Below are positions 34,301 to 45,400 of a stretch of DNA of 64,000 nt, piece by piece (positions within the stretch are counted from its first letter, which is position 1; each line of letters starts with the position of its first letter). The notes under the pieces are model-generated. The model had not been told where the DNA came from and made no database searches. It was given only the letters and a program-made list of their open reading frames with translations. Source of the DNA: Ranitomeya imitator. Taxonomy: Eukaryota. The stretch covers positions 177,072,001 through 177,136,000 of the forward strand of contig NC_091283.1 of NCBI RefSeq assembly GCF_032444005.1, read 5' to 3'. Position numbers and translations under genes: made by a program.

Positions 34301-34598
34301 CCCATTCAGGAGATGCTCTGACCCAGTTCTCTGGGTTATTGGCTTATACAGGTGCTTCTTACTAAATTAGAATATCATCAAAAAGTTAATTTATTTCAGT
34401 TCTTCAATACAAAACATCAAACTCATATATTATATAGAGTCATTACACACAGAGTGATCTATTTCAAGTGTTTATTTCTGTTAATGTTGATGATTATGGC
34501 TTACAGCCAATGAAAACCCGAAAGTCATTATCTCAGTAAAATAGAATTAACAAAAACCACCTGCAAAGGCTTCCTAAGCATTTAAAAATGTCCCTTAA

Positions 34599-37500
34599 CC
34601 CCTTTCTGACATCGGACGTACTATCCCGTCGAGGTGGGGTGGGCCTCTATGACCACAGACGGGATAGTACGTCCAGCGCGATCGGCGGCGCTCACGGGGG
34701 GAGCGCGGCCGATCGCAGCCGGGTGTCAGCTGCCTATCGCAGCTGACATCCGGCACTATGTGCCAGGAGCGGTCACGGACTGCCCCCGGCACATTAACCC
34801 CTGGCACACCGCGATCAAAGATGATCGCGATGTGCCGGTGGTGCAGGGAAGCATCGTGCAGGAAGGGGGCTCCCTGCGGGCTTCCCTGAGCCCCCCGCAG
34901 CAACGCGATGTGATCGCGTTGCTGCGAGGGTCTTACCTCCCTCCCTGCCTGCTCCAGACCCGGATCCAAGATGGCCACGGATCCGGGTCCTGCAGGGAGG
35001 GAGGTGGCTTCACAGCGCCTGCTCAGAGCATGCACTGTGAAGGCTGTACTGCTCTAAGTGAGATCAGTGATCTGACAGAGTGCTGTGCAAACTGTCAGAT
35101 CACCGATCTGTGATGTCCCCCCCTGGGACACAGTAAAAAAGTTTAAAAAAATTTTTCCAAATGTGTAAAAAAATAAATAAATTCCTAAATAATGAAAAAA
35201 AAAAATATTATTCCCATAAATACATTTCTTTATCTAAATAAATAAAAAAAAACAATAAAAGTACATATATTTAGTATCGCCGCGTCCGTAACGGCCCGAC
35301 CTATAAAACTGGCCCACTAGTTAACCCCTTCAGTAAACACCGTAAGAAAAAAAAAAAAACGAGGCAAAAAACAACGCTTTATTATCATACCGCCGAACAA
35401 AAAGTGGAATTACACGCGATCAAAAGGACAGATATAAATAACCATGGTACCGCTGAAAGCGTCATCTTGTCCCGCAAAAAACGAGCCACCATACAGCATC
35501 ATCAGCAAAAAAATAAAAAGTTATAGTCCTGAGAATAAAGCGATGCAAAAATAATTATTTTTTCTATAAAATAGTTTTTATCGTATAAAAGCGCCAAAAC
35601 ATAAAAAAGATATAAATGAGGTGTCGCTGTAATCGTACTGACCCGAAGAATAAAACTGCTTTAATCAATTTTACCAAACGCGGAACGGTATAAACGCCTC
35701 CCCCAAAAGAAATTCATGAATAGCTGGTTTTTGGTCATTCTGCCTCACAAAAATCAGAATAAAAAACGATCAAAAAATGTCACGTGCCCAAAAATGTTAC
35801 CAATAAAAACGTCAACTCGTCCCACAAAAAACAAGACCTCACATGACTCTGTGGACCAAAATATGGAAAAATTATAGCTCTCAAAATGTGGTAACAAAAA
35901 AAATATTTTTTGCAATAAAAAGCGTCTTTCAGTGTGTGACAGCTGCCAATCATAAAAATCCGCTAAAAAACCCGCTATAAAAGTAAATCAAACCCCCCTT
36001 CATCACCCCCTTAGTTAGGGAAAAATAAAAAAAATGTATTTATTTCCATTTTCCCATTAGGGCTAGGGTTAGGGCTAGGGCTACAGTTAGGGTTGGGGCT
36101 AAAGTTACAGTTAGGGTTTAGATTACATTTACAGTTGGGAATAGGGTTGGGATTAGGGTTAGGGGTGTGTCAGGGTTAGAGGTGTGGTTAGGGTTAACGT
36201 TGGAATTAGGGTTAGGGGTGTGTTTGGATTAGGATTTCAGTTATAATTGGGTGGTTTCCACTGTTTAGGCACATCAGGGGCTCTCCAAACGCGACATGGC
36301 GTCCGATCTCAATTCCAGCCAATTCTGCGTTGAAAAAGTAAAACAGTGCTCCTTCCCTTCCGAGCTCTCCCGTGTGCCCAAACAGGGGTTTACCCCAACA
36401 TATGGGGGGTATTTTTACGGCTCTGCGTTATAAACTGTAGTGAAACACTTGGGGGTTCAAAGTTCTCACAACACATCTAGATAAGTTCCCTGGGGGGGTC
36501 TAGTTTCCAATATGGGGTCACTTGTGGGGGATTTCTACTGTTTAGGTACATTAGGGGTTCTGCAAACGCAATGTGACGCCTGCAGACCATTCCATCTAAG
36601 TCTGCATTCCAAATGGCACTCCTTCCCTTCCGAGCCCTCCCATGCGCCCAAATGGTGGTTCCCCCCAACATATGGGGTATCAGCGCACTCAGGACAAATT
36701 GGACAACAAATTTTGGGGTCCAATTTCTCCTGTTACCCTCGGGAAAATACAAAACTGGGGGCGTTTAAATAATTTTTGTGGGAAAAAATTTTTTGTTTTA
36801 TTTTTACGGCTCTCCATTATAAACTTCTGTGAAGCCCTTGGTGGGTCAAAGCGCTCACCACACATCTAGATAAGTTCCTTAGGGGGTCTACTTTCCAAAA
36901 TGGTGTCACTTGTTAGGGGTTTCTACTATTTAGGTACATTAGGGGCTCTGCAAACGCAACATGGCGTCTCATCTCAATTCCTGTCAATTTTGCATTGAAA
37001 AGTCAAACGGCACTCCTTCCTTTCCGAGCTCTCCCATCCGCCCAAACAGTGGTTTACCCCCACATATGGGGTATCAGCGTACTCAGGACAAATTGTACAA
37101 CAACTTTTGGGGTCCAATTTCTTCTCTTACCCTTGGGAAAATAAAAAATTGGGGGTGAAAAGATAATTTTTGTGAAAAAATATGATTTTTTATTTTTACG
37201 GTTCTGCATTATAAACTTCTGTGAAGCACTGGGTGGGTCAAAGTGCTCACCACACCTCTAGATAAGTTCCTTAGGGGGTCTACTTTCCAAAATGGTGTCA
37301 CTTGTGGGGGGTTTCAATGTTTAGGCACATCAGGGGCTCTCCAAACGAAACATGGCGTCCCATCTCAATTCCAGTCAATTTTGCAATGAAAAGTCAAATG
37401 GCGCTCCTTCGCTTCCGAGCTGTGCCATGCGCCCAAACAGTGGTTTACCCCCACATGTGGGGTATTGGCGTACTCAGGACAAATTGTACAACAATGTTTG

Positions 37501-38178
37501 GGGTCCATTTTCTCCTGTTACCCTTGGTAAAATAAAACAAATTGGAGCTGAATTAAATTTTTTTTTTAAAAAAGTTAAATGTTCATTTTTATTTAAACAT
37601 TCAAAAAATTCCTGTGAAGCACCAGAAGGGTTAATAAACTTCTTGAATGTGGTTTTGAGCACCTTGAGGGGTGTAGTTTTTAGAACGGTGTCACACTTGG
37701 GTATTTTCTATCATATAGACCCCTCAAAATGACTTCAAATGAGATGTGGTCCCTAAAAAAAAAGGTGTTGTAGAAATGAGAAATTGCTGGTCAACTTTTC
37801 AACCTTATAACTCCCTAACAAAAAAAAATTTTGGTTCCAAAATTGTGCTGATGTAAAGTAGACATGTGGGAAATGTTACTTATTAAGTATTTTGTGTGAC
37901 ATATCTCTGTGATTTAATTGCATAAAAATTCAAAGTTGGAAAATTGCGAAATTTTCATAATTTTCGCCAAATTTCCATTTTTTTCACAAATAAACACAGG
38001 TACTATCAAAGAATTTTTACCATTGTCGTGAAGTACAATATGTCACGAGAAAACAATGTCAGATTTACTGGGATCCGTTGAAGCGTTCCAGAGTTATAAC
38101 CTCATAAAGGGACAGTGGTCAGAATTGTAAAAATTGGCCCGGTCATTAACGTGCAAACCACCCTTGGGGGTAAAGGGG
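34599..38178. mobile_element. Non-autonomous piggyBac-like (TTAA-target) element
   Basis: TTAA|CCCCTTT...AAAGGGG|TTAA. No transposase; contains degenerate TTAGGG repeats and ~390-bp internal repeats. Confidence 0.8.
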
Positions 38179-38182
38179 TTAA

Positions 38183-39088
38183 TGTTAGGAGTCGAGTTCC
38201 CGCCGCTGCACAGGGGGAATCTCAAACCATGTGTGCTGCGGTCTCCCATTCTCCTTCAGCCGCAGTGGAAACGTTAATCCCAGCGTCTGGCTCAAGCTGA
38301 TCCTGTGCGCTTGGTTACTGCTGCCTTTCCAGGCTCAGCCATTGTAACCAGTACTGATCAGCCCCGAGCAGGCGTTTCAGGGACTAGGTCCTGCTTTTCC
38401 CATATTGAGCATGCCCACGGGACGACCTCCTTGCGACTCCTATTGGACCATCAGGAAGGTCCCGGAGTGCTACTACTATAAAAGGTTCGCATGGCCGCTC
38501 AGCCATGCGCTAGTGTAAACCTGTTAACGTGTGTGTGGATGTATGCCTGTCAATGTATTAAAGCTCCGAATCATTCCCCTTCCTAGAGTTGTTGTTGACT
38601 GCTCGTGAATGGTGGAGCTACCTAGCGCCTGACAGTGCGAACCCGCACAATTAACACAAGAGACAGCGTCTATTAGCAGCGACCGCCAGTGCGGTGCCCT
38701 GCACAAATAGTGCGCTTTCCTGGCCCAAGTTAGGGTGGTTAGTGGCGTCCGCCAGAGCGGCGCTGCACGCACTCTTTAGTTTATTCCCTGACACCACCGT
38801 AGCAGTGTCGAATACAAGAGGTCTAGAGGGACTCTCACCCTGAGTCTTGGGGCAGAGGTCTGTGACTCCTTGCTTGCGCTCTCTGTGCGGTATCGTGGCC
38901 TTGTGACGCAACAGGGTTCGCTTCCTTCATACCGGGTGAAGTTAACCTGTGTGTGTCTTCTCTTAATACCGCCATATAGTCCGCCATTACTGAGCAGCAG
39001 CTGTCTTTCCTGCACGGTGGACCCCGGACTGCAAACGCATCTTATATCACCTCTAATTAATATTTGGTGCGTTCCGCCAGTCCTAACA
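38183..39088. mobile_element. Probable solo LTR
   Basis: TGTTAGGA...TCCTAACA perfect 8-bp terminal IR; TATA-like and poly(A)-like signals inside; no TSD recognisable on the left. Confidence 0.7.
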
Positions 39089-39112
39089 GTCTGTTTCAGC
39101 AGCTCCACAATC

Positions 39113-40110
39113 ATGGGGAAGACTGCTGACTTAACAGATGTCTATAAGGCAGTCATTGACACACTCCACAAGGAGGGTAAGCCACAAAAGGTCATTACTA
39201 AAGAAGCTGGCTGTTCACAGAGCGTTGTATCCAAGCATATTAATGGAAAGTTGAGTGGAAGGAAAAAGTGTGGTAGAAAAAGGTGCACAAGCAACCGGAA
39301 TAACCACAGCCTGGAAAGGATTGTTAACAAAAAAGCCATTCAAAAATGTGGAGGCGATTCACAATGAGTGAACTGCTGCTGGAGTCATTGCTTCAAGATC
39401 CACCACACACAGACGTATCCAGGACCTGGGCTACAAGTGTCACATTCCTTGTGTCAAGCCACTCATGGCCAATAGACAACGCCAGAAGTGTCTTACCTGG
39501 ATCAGGGAGAAAAAGAACTGGACTGTTGTCAGTAGTCCAAGGTGTTGTTTTCAGATTAGTAAATTTTGCATTTCATTTGGAAATCAAGGTCCCAGAGTCT
39601 GGAGGAAGAGTGGAGAGGCCACAATCCAAGCTGCTGGAGGTCTAGTGTGAAGATTCCACAACCAGTGATGGTTTGGGGGCCATGTCATCTGCTGGTGTAG
39701 GTCCACTGTGTTTTATCAAGACCAAAGTCAGCGCAGCCGTCTACCAGGAAATTTTAGAGCACTTCATGCTTCCCTCTGCCGACAAGCTTTTTGGAGATGG
39801 AAATGTCATTCTCCAGCAGGACTTGGCACCTGTCCACACTGCCAAAAGTACCAATACCTGGTTTACAAACAACAGTATCACTGTGCTTGATTGGCAGCAA
39901 ACTCGCCTGACCTTAACCCCATGGAGAATCTATGGGGTATTGTCAAGAGGAAGATGAGACACCAGACCCAACAATGCAGACGAGCTGAAGGCTGCTATCA
40001 AAGCAACCTGGGCTTCCCTAACACCTCAGCAGTGCCACAGGCTGATCGCCTCCATGCCACGCCGCATTGATGCAGTAATTGATGCAAAAGGAGCCCCGAC
40101 CAAGTATTGA
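39113..40110 (+). pseudogene. Tc1 transposase (frameshifted)
   Basis: MGKTADLTD..IDTLHKEGKPQKVI..AGCSQS, VWGAMSSAGVGPLCF, QQDLAPVH, then LNP.EN.W-type motif and final TGA at 40108. Confidence 0.9.
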
Positions 40111-40184
40111 GTCCATTTACTGAACATACATTTCAGTAGACCAACATTTCAGATTTTAAAATAAATTTTCAAGCTGGTGTTATA

Positions 40185-41750
40185 CAGTGTGTTCCAAATT
40201 ATTATGCAAATTGGATTTAAGTGTCATAAAGATTTAATAGTTTTGTTTTTCAAATAAACTTGTGGATGGTATTGTGTCTCAGGGCTCAATAGATAACTGA
40301 AATCAATCTTAAACACATGTGATAATTCGTTTTCCAGGTGATTCTAATTTAAAGAAAAACTACTTAAAAATGATGTTCCACATTATTAAGCAGGCCAAAG
40401 GTTTCAAGCAATATGAGAAATAAAAAGGTTCTCTCTGCTGCTGAAAAGTGTTAAATAGTGCAATGTCTTGGACAAGGTATGAAAAAATTAGATACTTCAC
40501 AAAAACTTTGTGATCATCATACTGTGAAGAGATTTGTGACCGAAACAGAGCACAGACAGAGTTCATGCAGATAAAGGCATAATGAGGAAGGTTTCTGCAA
40601 GACAAATTCATAGGATTAAGAGAGCAGCTGCCAAAATACCATTATAAAGCAGCAAACAGTTATTTGAAGCTGCTGGTGCCTCTGGAGTCCCTCAAACCTC
40701 AAGGTCTGGGATCCTTCAAAGGCTTGCTGTGGTGCATAAACCTACTATTCGGCCACCTCTGAACAGTGTTCACAAGCAGAAACGGTTGCAGTGGGCCCAG
40801 ACATACATGAAGACTAATTTTCAAACAGTCTTGTTTACTGATGAGTGTTGAGCAACCCTGGATGGTCCAGATGGATGGAGTAGTGGATGGTTGGTGGAGG
40901 CCACAATGTCCCAACAAGGCTGTGACGTCAGCAAGGAGGTGGAGGAGTCATGTTTTGGGCCGGAATCATGGGGAAACAGCTGGTAGGGCCCTTTAAGGTT
41001 CCTGAAGGTGTGAAAATGACCTTTGTAAAGTATATAGCGCTTCTGACTGACAACTTTCTTCCATGGTCTAAAAGCAGAAACGTGCCTTCAGGAGCAAAAT
41101 CATCTTCATGCTGACAATGCCCCATCTCATGCTGCAAATAATACCTCTGAGTCATTGGCTGCTATGGGCATAAAAGGAGATAAACTCATGGTGTGGCCGC
41201 CATTTTCTCCTGACCTCAACCGTACAGAGAACCTTTGGAGTATCATCAAGCAAAAGTTCTATGAGGGTGGGAGGCAGTTCACATCCAAACAGTGGCTCTG
41301 GGAGGCTATTCCGACTTCATGCAAAGAAATACAACAGAACCACTCCAAAAACCCACAAGTTCAATGGATGCAAGAATTGTGAAGGTGACATCAAAGAAGG
41401 GGTCCTATGTTAACATGTAACTTGGCCTGTTAGGATGTTTTGGAGTTAAATAGCTTTTTTGTTCAGTGAATGTGACCTCCTAATGCTGCAAATTCCACAA
41501 ATGAGCATTTTCAGTTATTTAAAACATATCAAATGTTTAGACATTCTACTGTGCCTAATAATTTGGAACAGTGCTTTTTGAGTTTTTATTCATTTTGGAG
41601 ATTATACTGTTATCATTGGGAGGTTTCTTCAATAAAATTCGATGTGTACTCCAACGGGTGATGACTTTTATTAGACAGATTGTCATTTGCACTGAACATT
41701 TAGGAAAATCCGAGAAAAATATCATCTGCATAATAATTTGGAACACAGTG
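40185..41750 (+). mobile_element. Tc1 element B nested in the right end of Tc1 A
   Basis: TA|CAGTGTGTTCCAAATTATTATGCA...TGCATAATAATTTGGAACACAGTG|TA. Degenerate transposase (VWPPFSPDLNRTENLWSIIK). Removing it rejoins the host as GGTGTTATAAAGTATTC. Confidence 0.9.
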
Positions 41751-42463
41751 TAAAGTATTCTAACTTACTGAGATAATGACTTTTGGGATTTAATTGGCTG
41801 TAAGCCATAATCATAAACATTAACAGAAATAAACACATTAAATAGATCACACTGTAATGACTATATGAGTTTCACTTTTTGTATTGAAGAACTGAAATAA
41901 ATCAACTTTTTGATGATATTCTAATTTAGTGAGAGGCACCTGTTATGTTGTACTAATCTGTGATAATGCTCTACCTGCAGCTGCCACTAGAGGTCGAAAA
42001 ATTGCCAAATCGCAACAGAGTGCAATACCACCAGCCTGTCACAGCTCCCCTATTCCCAGCATTAGAGGGCGGTCACATGATCTGAAGTACGTGATTTGCA
42101 TAGCTGCAGTCATGTGACCACTAGAGTCTCCACCACTTTTAAATGGTAATGTAGCGCCCTCTGGTGATGGGTTGAAGTCACACACTGTCACCATTCAGCA
42201 ATCTGCAGAGTGAGTGCAGAAATGTGTCACCACTCACCAGCGCCCTCTGGTGGCGGCTGTGGACTGGCCTCGGTACATTGCAGAAGTGTTGACAGTTATG
42301 TGGGCGTATCCTGACAGCCCAGTCATGTGACCAGTCAGCTGATAGAACCTCGCAGTGCTGTTCCGCTCAGCCACGTGACCTGTGAGTGTGGAGGAGCGCG
42401 GCCGGCTGCACGGTGGAGTCTCCCTGTGGCCCGGGGGCTCCCCAGAGGGGGACCCCCACCCAG

Positions 42464-42492
42464 ATGCCCAGACCCGGGAGCGGTCTGCGCAG
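42464..42492 (+). CDS. SWI5: Tentative SWI5 first coding exon (MPRPGSGLR)
   Basis: CpG-rich region; phase 2 end matches the next exon; donor gtatta is weak and the start is uncertain. Confidence 0.45.
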
Positions 42493-45400
42493 GTATTATC
42501 GTGTGCAGTGCTGGCACCACTCACCATTATGGAGCGCAGCTCTGAAGCTTCACAAATGCTGCATTTTGGTGTCTCCATAGTATTCTGGCCCGGTGTGTGT
42601 AGGGAAACCCCGGCCTGGTATACACTATGTACACGTCTCCTGATTCTGAGGTGTCCCTGTCCCCCCACTATGTACACGTCTCCTGATTCTGAGGTGTCCC
42701 TGTCCCCCCACTATGTACACGTCTCCTGATTCTGAGGTGTCCCTGTCCCCCCACTATGTACACGTCTCCTGATTCTGGGGTGTCCCTGTCCCCCCACTAT
42801 GTACACGTCTCCTGATTCTGAGGTGTCCCTGTCCCCCCACTATGTACACGTCTCCTGATTCTGAGGTGTCCCTGTCCCCCCACTATGTACACGTCTCCTG
42901 ATTCTGAGGTGTCCCTGTCCCCCCACTATGTACACGTCTCCTGATTCTGGGGTGTCCCTGTCCCCCCACTATGTACACGTCTCCTGATTCTGGAGTGTCC
43001 CTGTCCCTCCACTATGTACACGTCTCCTGATTCTGAGGTGTCCCTGTCCCCCCACTATGTCCACCTCTCCTGATTCTGGGATGTCCCTGTCCCCCCACTA
43101 TGTACACGTCTCCTGATTCTGAGGTGTCCCTGTCCCCCCACTATGTACACGTCTCCTGATTCTGGGGTGTCCCTGTCCCCCCACTATGTACACGTCTCCT
43201 GATTCTGGAGTGTCCCTGTCCCTCCACTATGTACACGTCTCCTGATTCTGAGGTGTCCCTGTCCCCCCACTATGTCCACCTCTCCTGATTCTGGGGTGTC
43301 CCTGTCCCCCCACTATGTACACGTCTCCTGATTCTGGGGTGTCCCTGTCCCCCCACTATGTACACGTCTCCTGATTCTGGGGTGTCCCTGTCCCCCCACT
43401 ATGTACACGTCTCCTGATTCTGGGGTGTCCCTGTCCCCCCACTATGTACACGTCTCCTGATTCTGGGGTGTCCCTGTCCCCCCACTATGTACACGTCTCC
43501 TGATTCTGGGGTGTCCCTGTCCCCCCACTATGTACACGTCTCCTGATTCTGGGGTGTCCCTGTCCCCCCACTATGTACACGTCTCCTGATTCTGGGGTGT
43601 CCCTGTCCCCCCACTATGTACACGTCTCCTGATTCTGGAGTGTCCCTGTCCCTCCACTATGTACACGTCTCCTGATTCTGAGGTGTCCCTGTCCCCCCAC
43701 TATGTCCACCTCTCCTGATTCTGGGGTGTCCCTGTCCCCCCACTATGTACACGTCTCCTGATTCTGGGGTGTCCCTGTCCCCCCACTATGTACACGTCTC
43801 CTGATTCTGGAGTGTCCCTGTCCCTCCACTATGTACACGTCTCCTGATTCTGGGGTGTCCCTGTCCCCCCACTATGTACACGTCTCCTGATTCTGAGGTG
43901 TCCCTGTCCCCCCACTATGTACACGTCTCCTGATTCTGGGGTGTCCCTGTCCCCCCTCTATGTACACGTCTCCTGATTCTGGAGTGTCCCTGTCCCTCCA
44001 CTATGTACACGTCTCCTGATTCTGGGGTGTCCCTGTCCCCCCACTATGTCCACCTCTCCTGATTCTGGGGTGTCCCTGTCCCCCCACTATGTACACGTCT
44101 CCTGATTCTGGGGTGTCCCTGTCCCCCCACTATGTCCACCTCTCCTGATTCTGGGGTGTCCCTGTCCCCCCACTATGTACACGTCTCCTGATTCTGGGGT
44201 GTCCCTGTCCCCCCACTATGTACACGTCTCCTGATTCTGGGGTGTCCCTGTCCCCCCCACTATGTACACGTCTCCTGATTCTGGGGTGTCCCTGTCCCCC
44301 CACTATGTCCACCTCTCCTGATTCTGGAGTGTCCCTGTCCCCCCACTATGTACACGTCTCCTGATTCTGGGGTGTCCCTGTCCCCCCCACTATGTACACG
44401 TCTCCTGATTCTGGGGTGTCCCTGTCCCCCCCACTGTGTACACGTCTCCTGATTCTGGGGGTGTCCCTGTCCCCCCACTGTGTACACGTCTCCTGATTCT
44501 GGGGTGTCCCTGTCCCCCCACTGTGTACACGTCTTCTGATTCTGGGGTGTCCCTGTCCCCCCACTGTGTACACGTCTCCTGATTCTGGGGTGTCCCTGTC
44601 CCCCCACTGTGTACACGTCTCCTGATTCTGGGGTGTCCCTGTCCCCCCACTGTGTACACGTCTCCTGATTCTGGGGTGTCCCTGTCCCCCCACTGTGTAC
44701 ATGTCTTCTGATTCTGGGGTGTCCCTGTCCCCCCACTGTGTACACGTCTCCTGATTCTGGGGTGTCCCTGTCCCCCCCACTATGTACACGTCTCCTGATT
44801 CTGGGGTGTCCCTGTCCCCCCCACTATGTACACGTCTCCTGATTCTGGGGTGTCCCTGTCCCCCCACTATGTACACGTCTCCTGATTCTGGGGTGTCCTT
44901 GTCCCCCCACTTTCCAGGAGAGACACAGATCAGACCTATGGCTCTCGGCAGGCCTGATCCTTTGTCTGGGACATAAGGCACCCCCAGAGATGATAGCTGC
45001 CTCCTCATTGGGAACATATGCGTGCACGTGTATCGGAACAGGAGCCAGATGTGAGTGGTTTAATGGCTGCTTAACCCCTTCCTGACTGAGGGCATGCTGC
45101 TATGTCCTATGTCCGGTGTGTGGCGCGGGCTTCAGAGCCTTGTTGCACAGCCGGCACCTGCCTATGACGGCCGCAGTGCGCTCAGGTTGCTGCAGCTTAA
45201 CCATTTAAATGCTGCTGGCAATTTCTGATCCAAGGGGATGTAAAAAAATAACAATCAGGACCTCGCACAGCCCCGACAGTGGAGAAATAAAAAACCGTTA
45301 CAGAAAATGGCTGCACAAACCAATTATTATATACTGGATGGTGGCCCGATTCTAACGCATCGGGTATTCTAGAACTAGAATATGCATGTCCACGTAGTAT

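Larger units (their letters stand above)
34349..41942 (+). mobile_element. Tc1 element A, host of three nested insertions
   Basis: Left TA|CAGGTGCTTCTTACTAAATTAGAATATCATCAAAAAGTT; right AACTTTTTGATGATATTCTAATTTAGTGAGAGGCACCTG. Transposase at 39113-40110. Confidence 0.88.

Noticed and set aside
33796-34365. 189-aa ORF with (YWEHHTRPSG)n repeats
   Set aside because: Arises from a 30-bp tandem repeat that is open in multiple frames on both strands; no promoter or splice evidence.
44130-45027. Repeat-peptide ORFs (GGQGHPRIRRRVH...)
   Set aside because: Translations of the 43-bp minisatellite.
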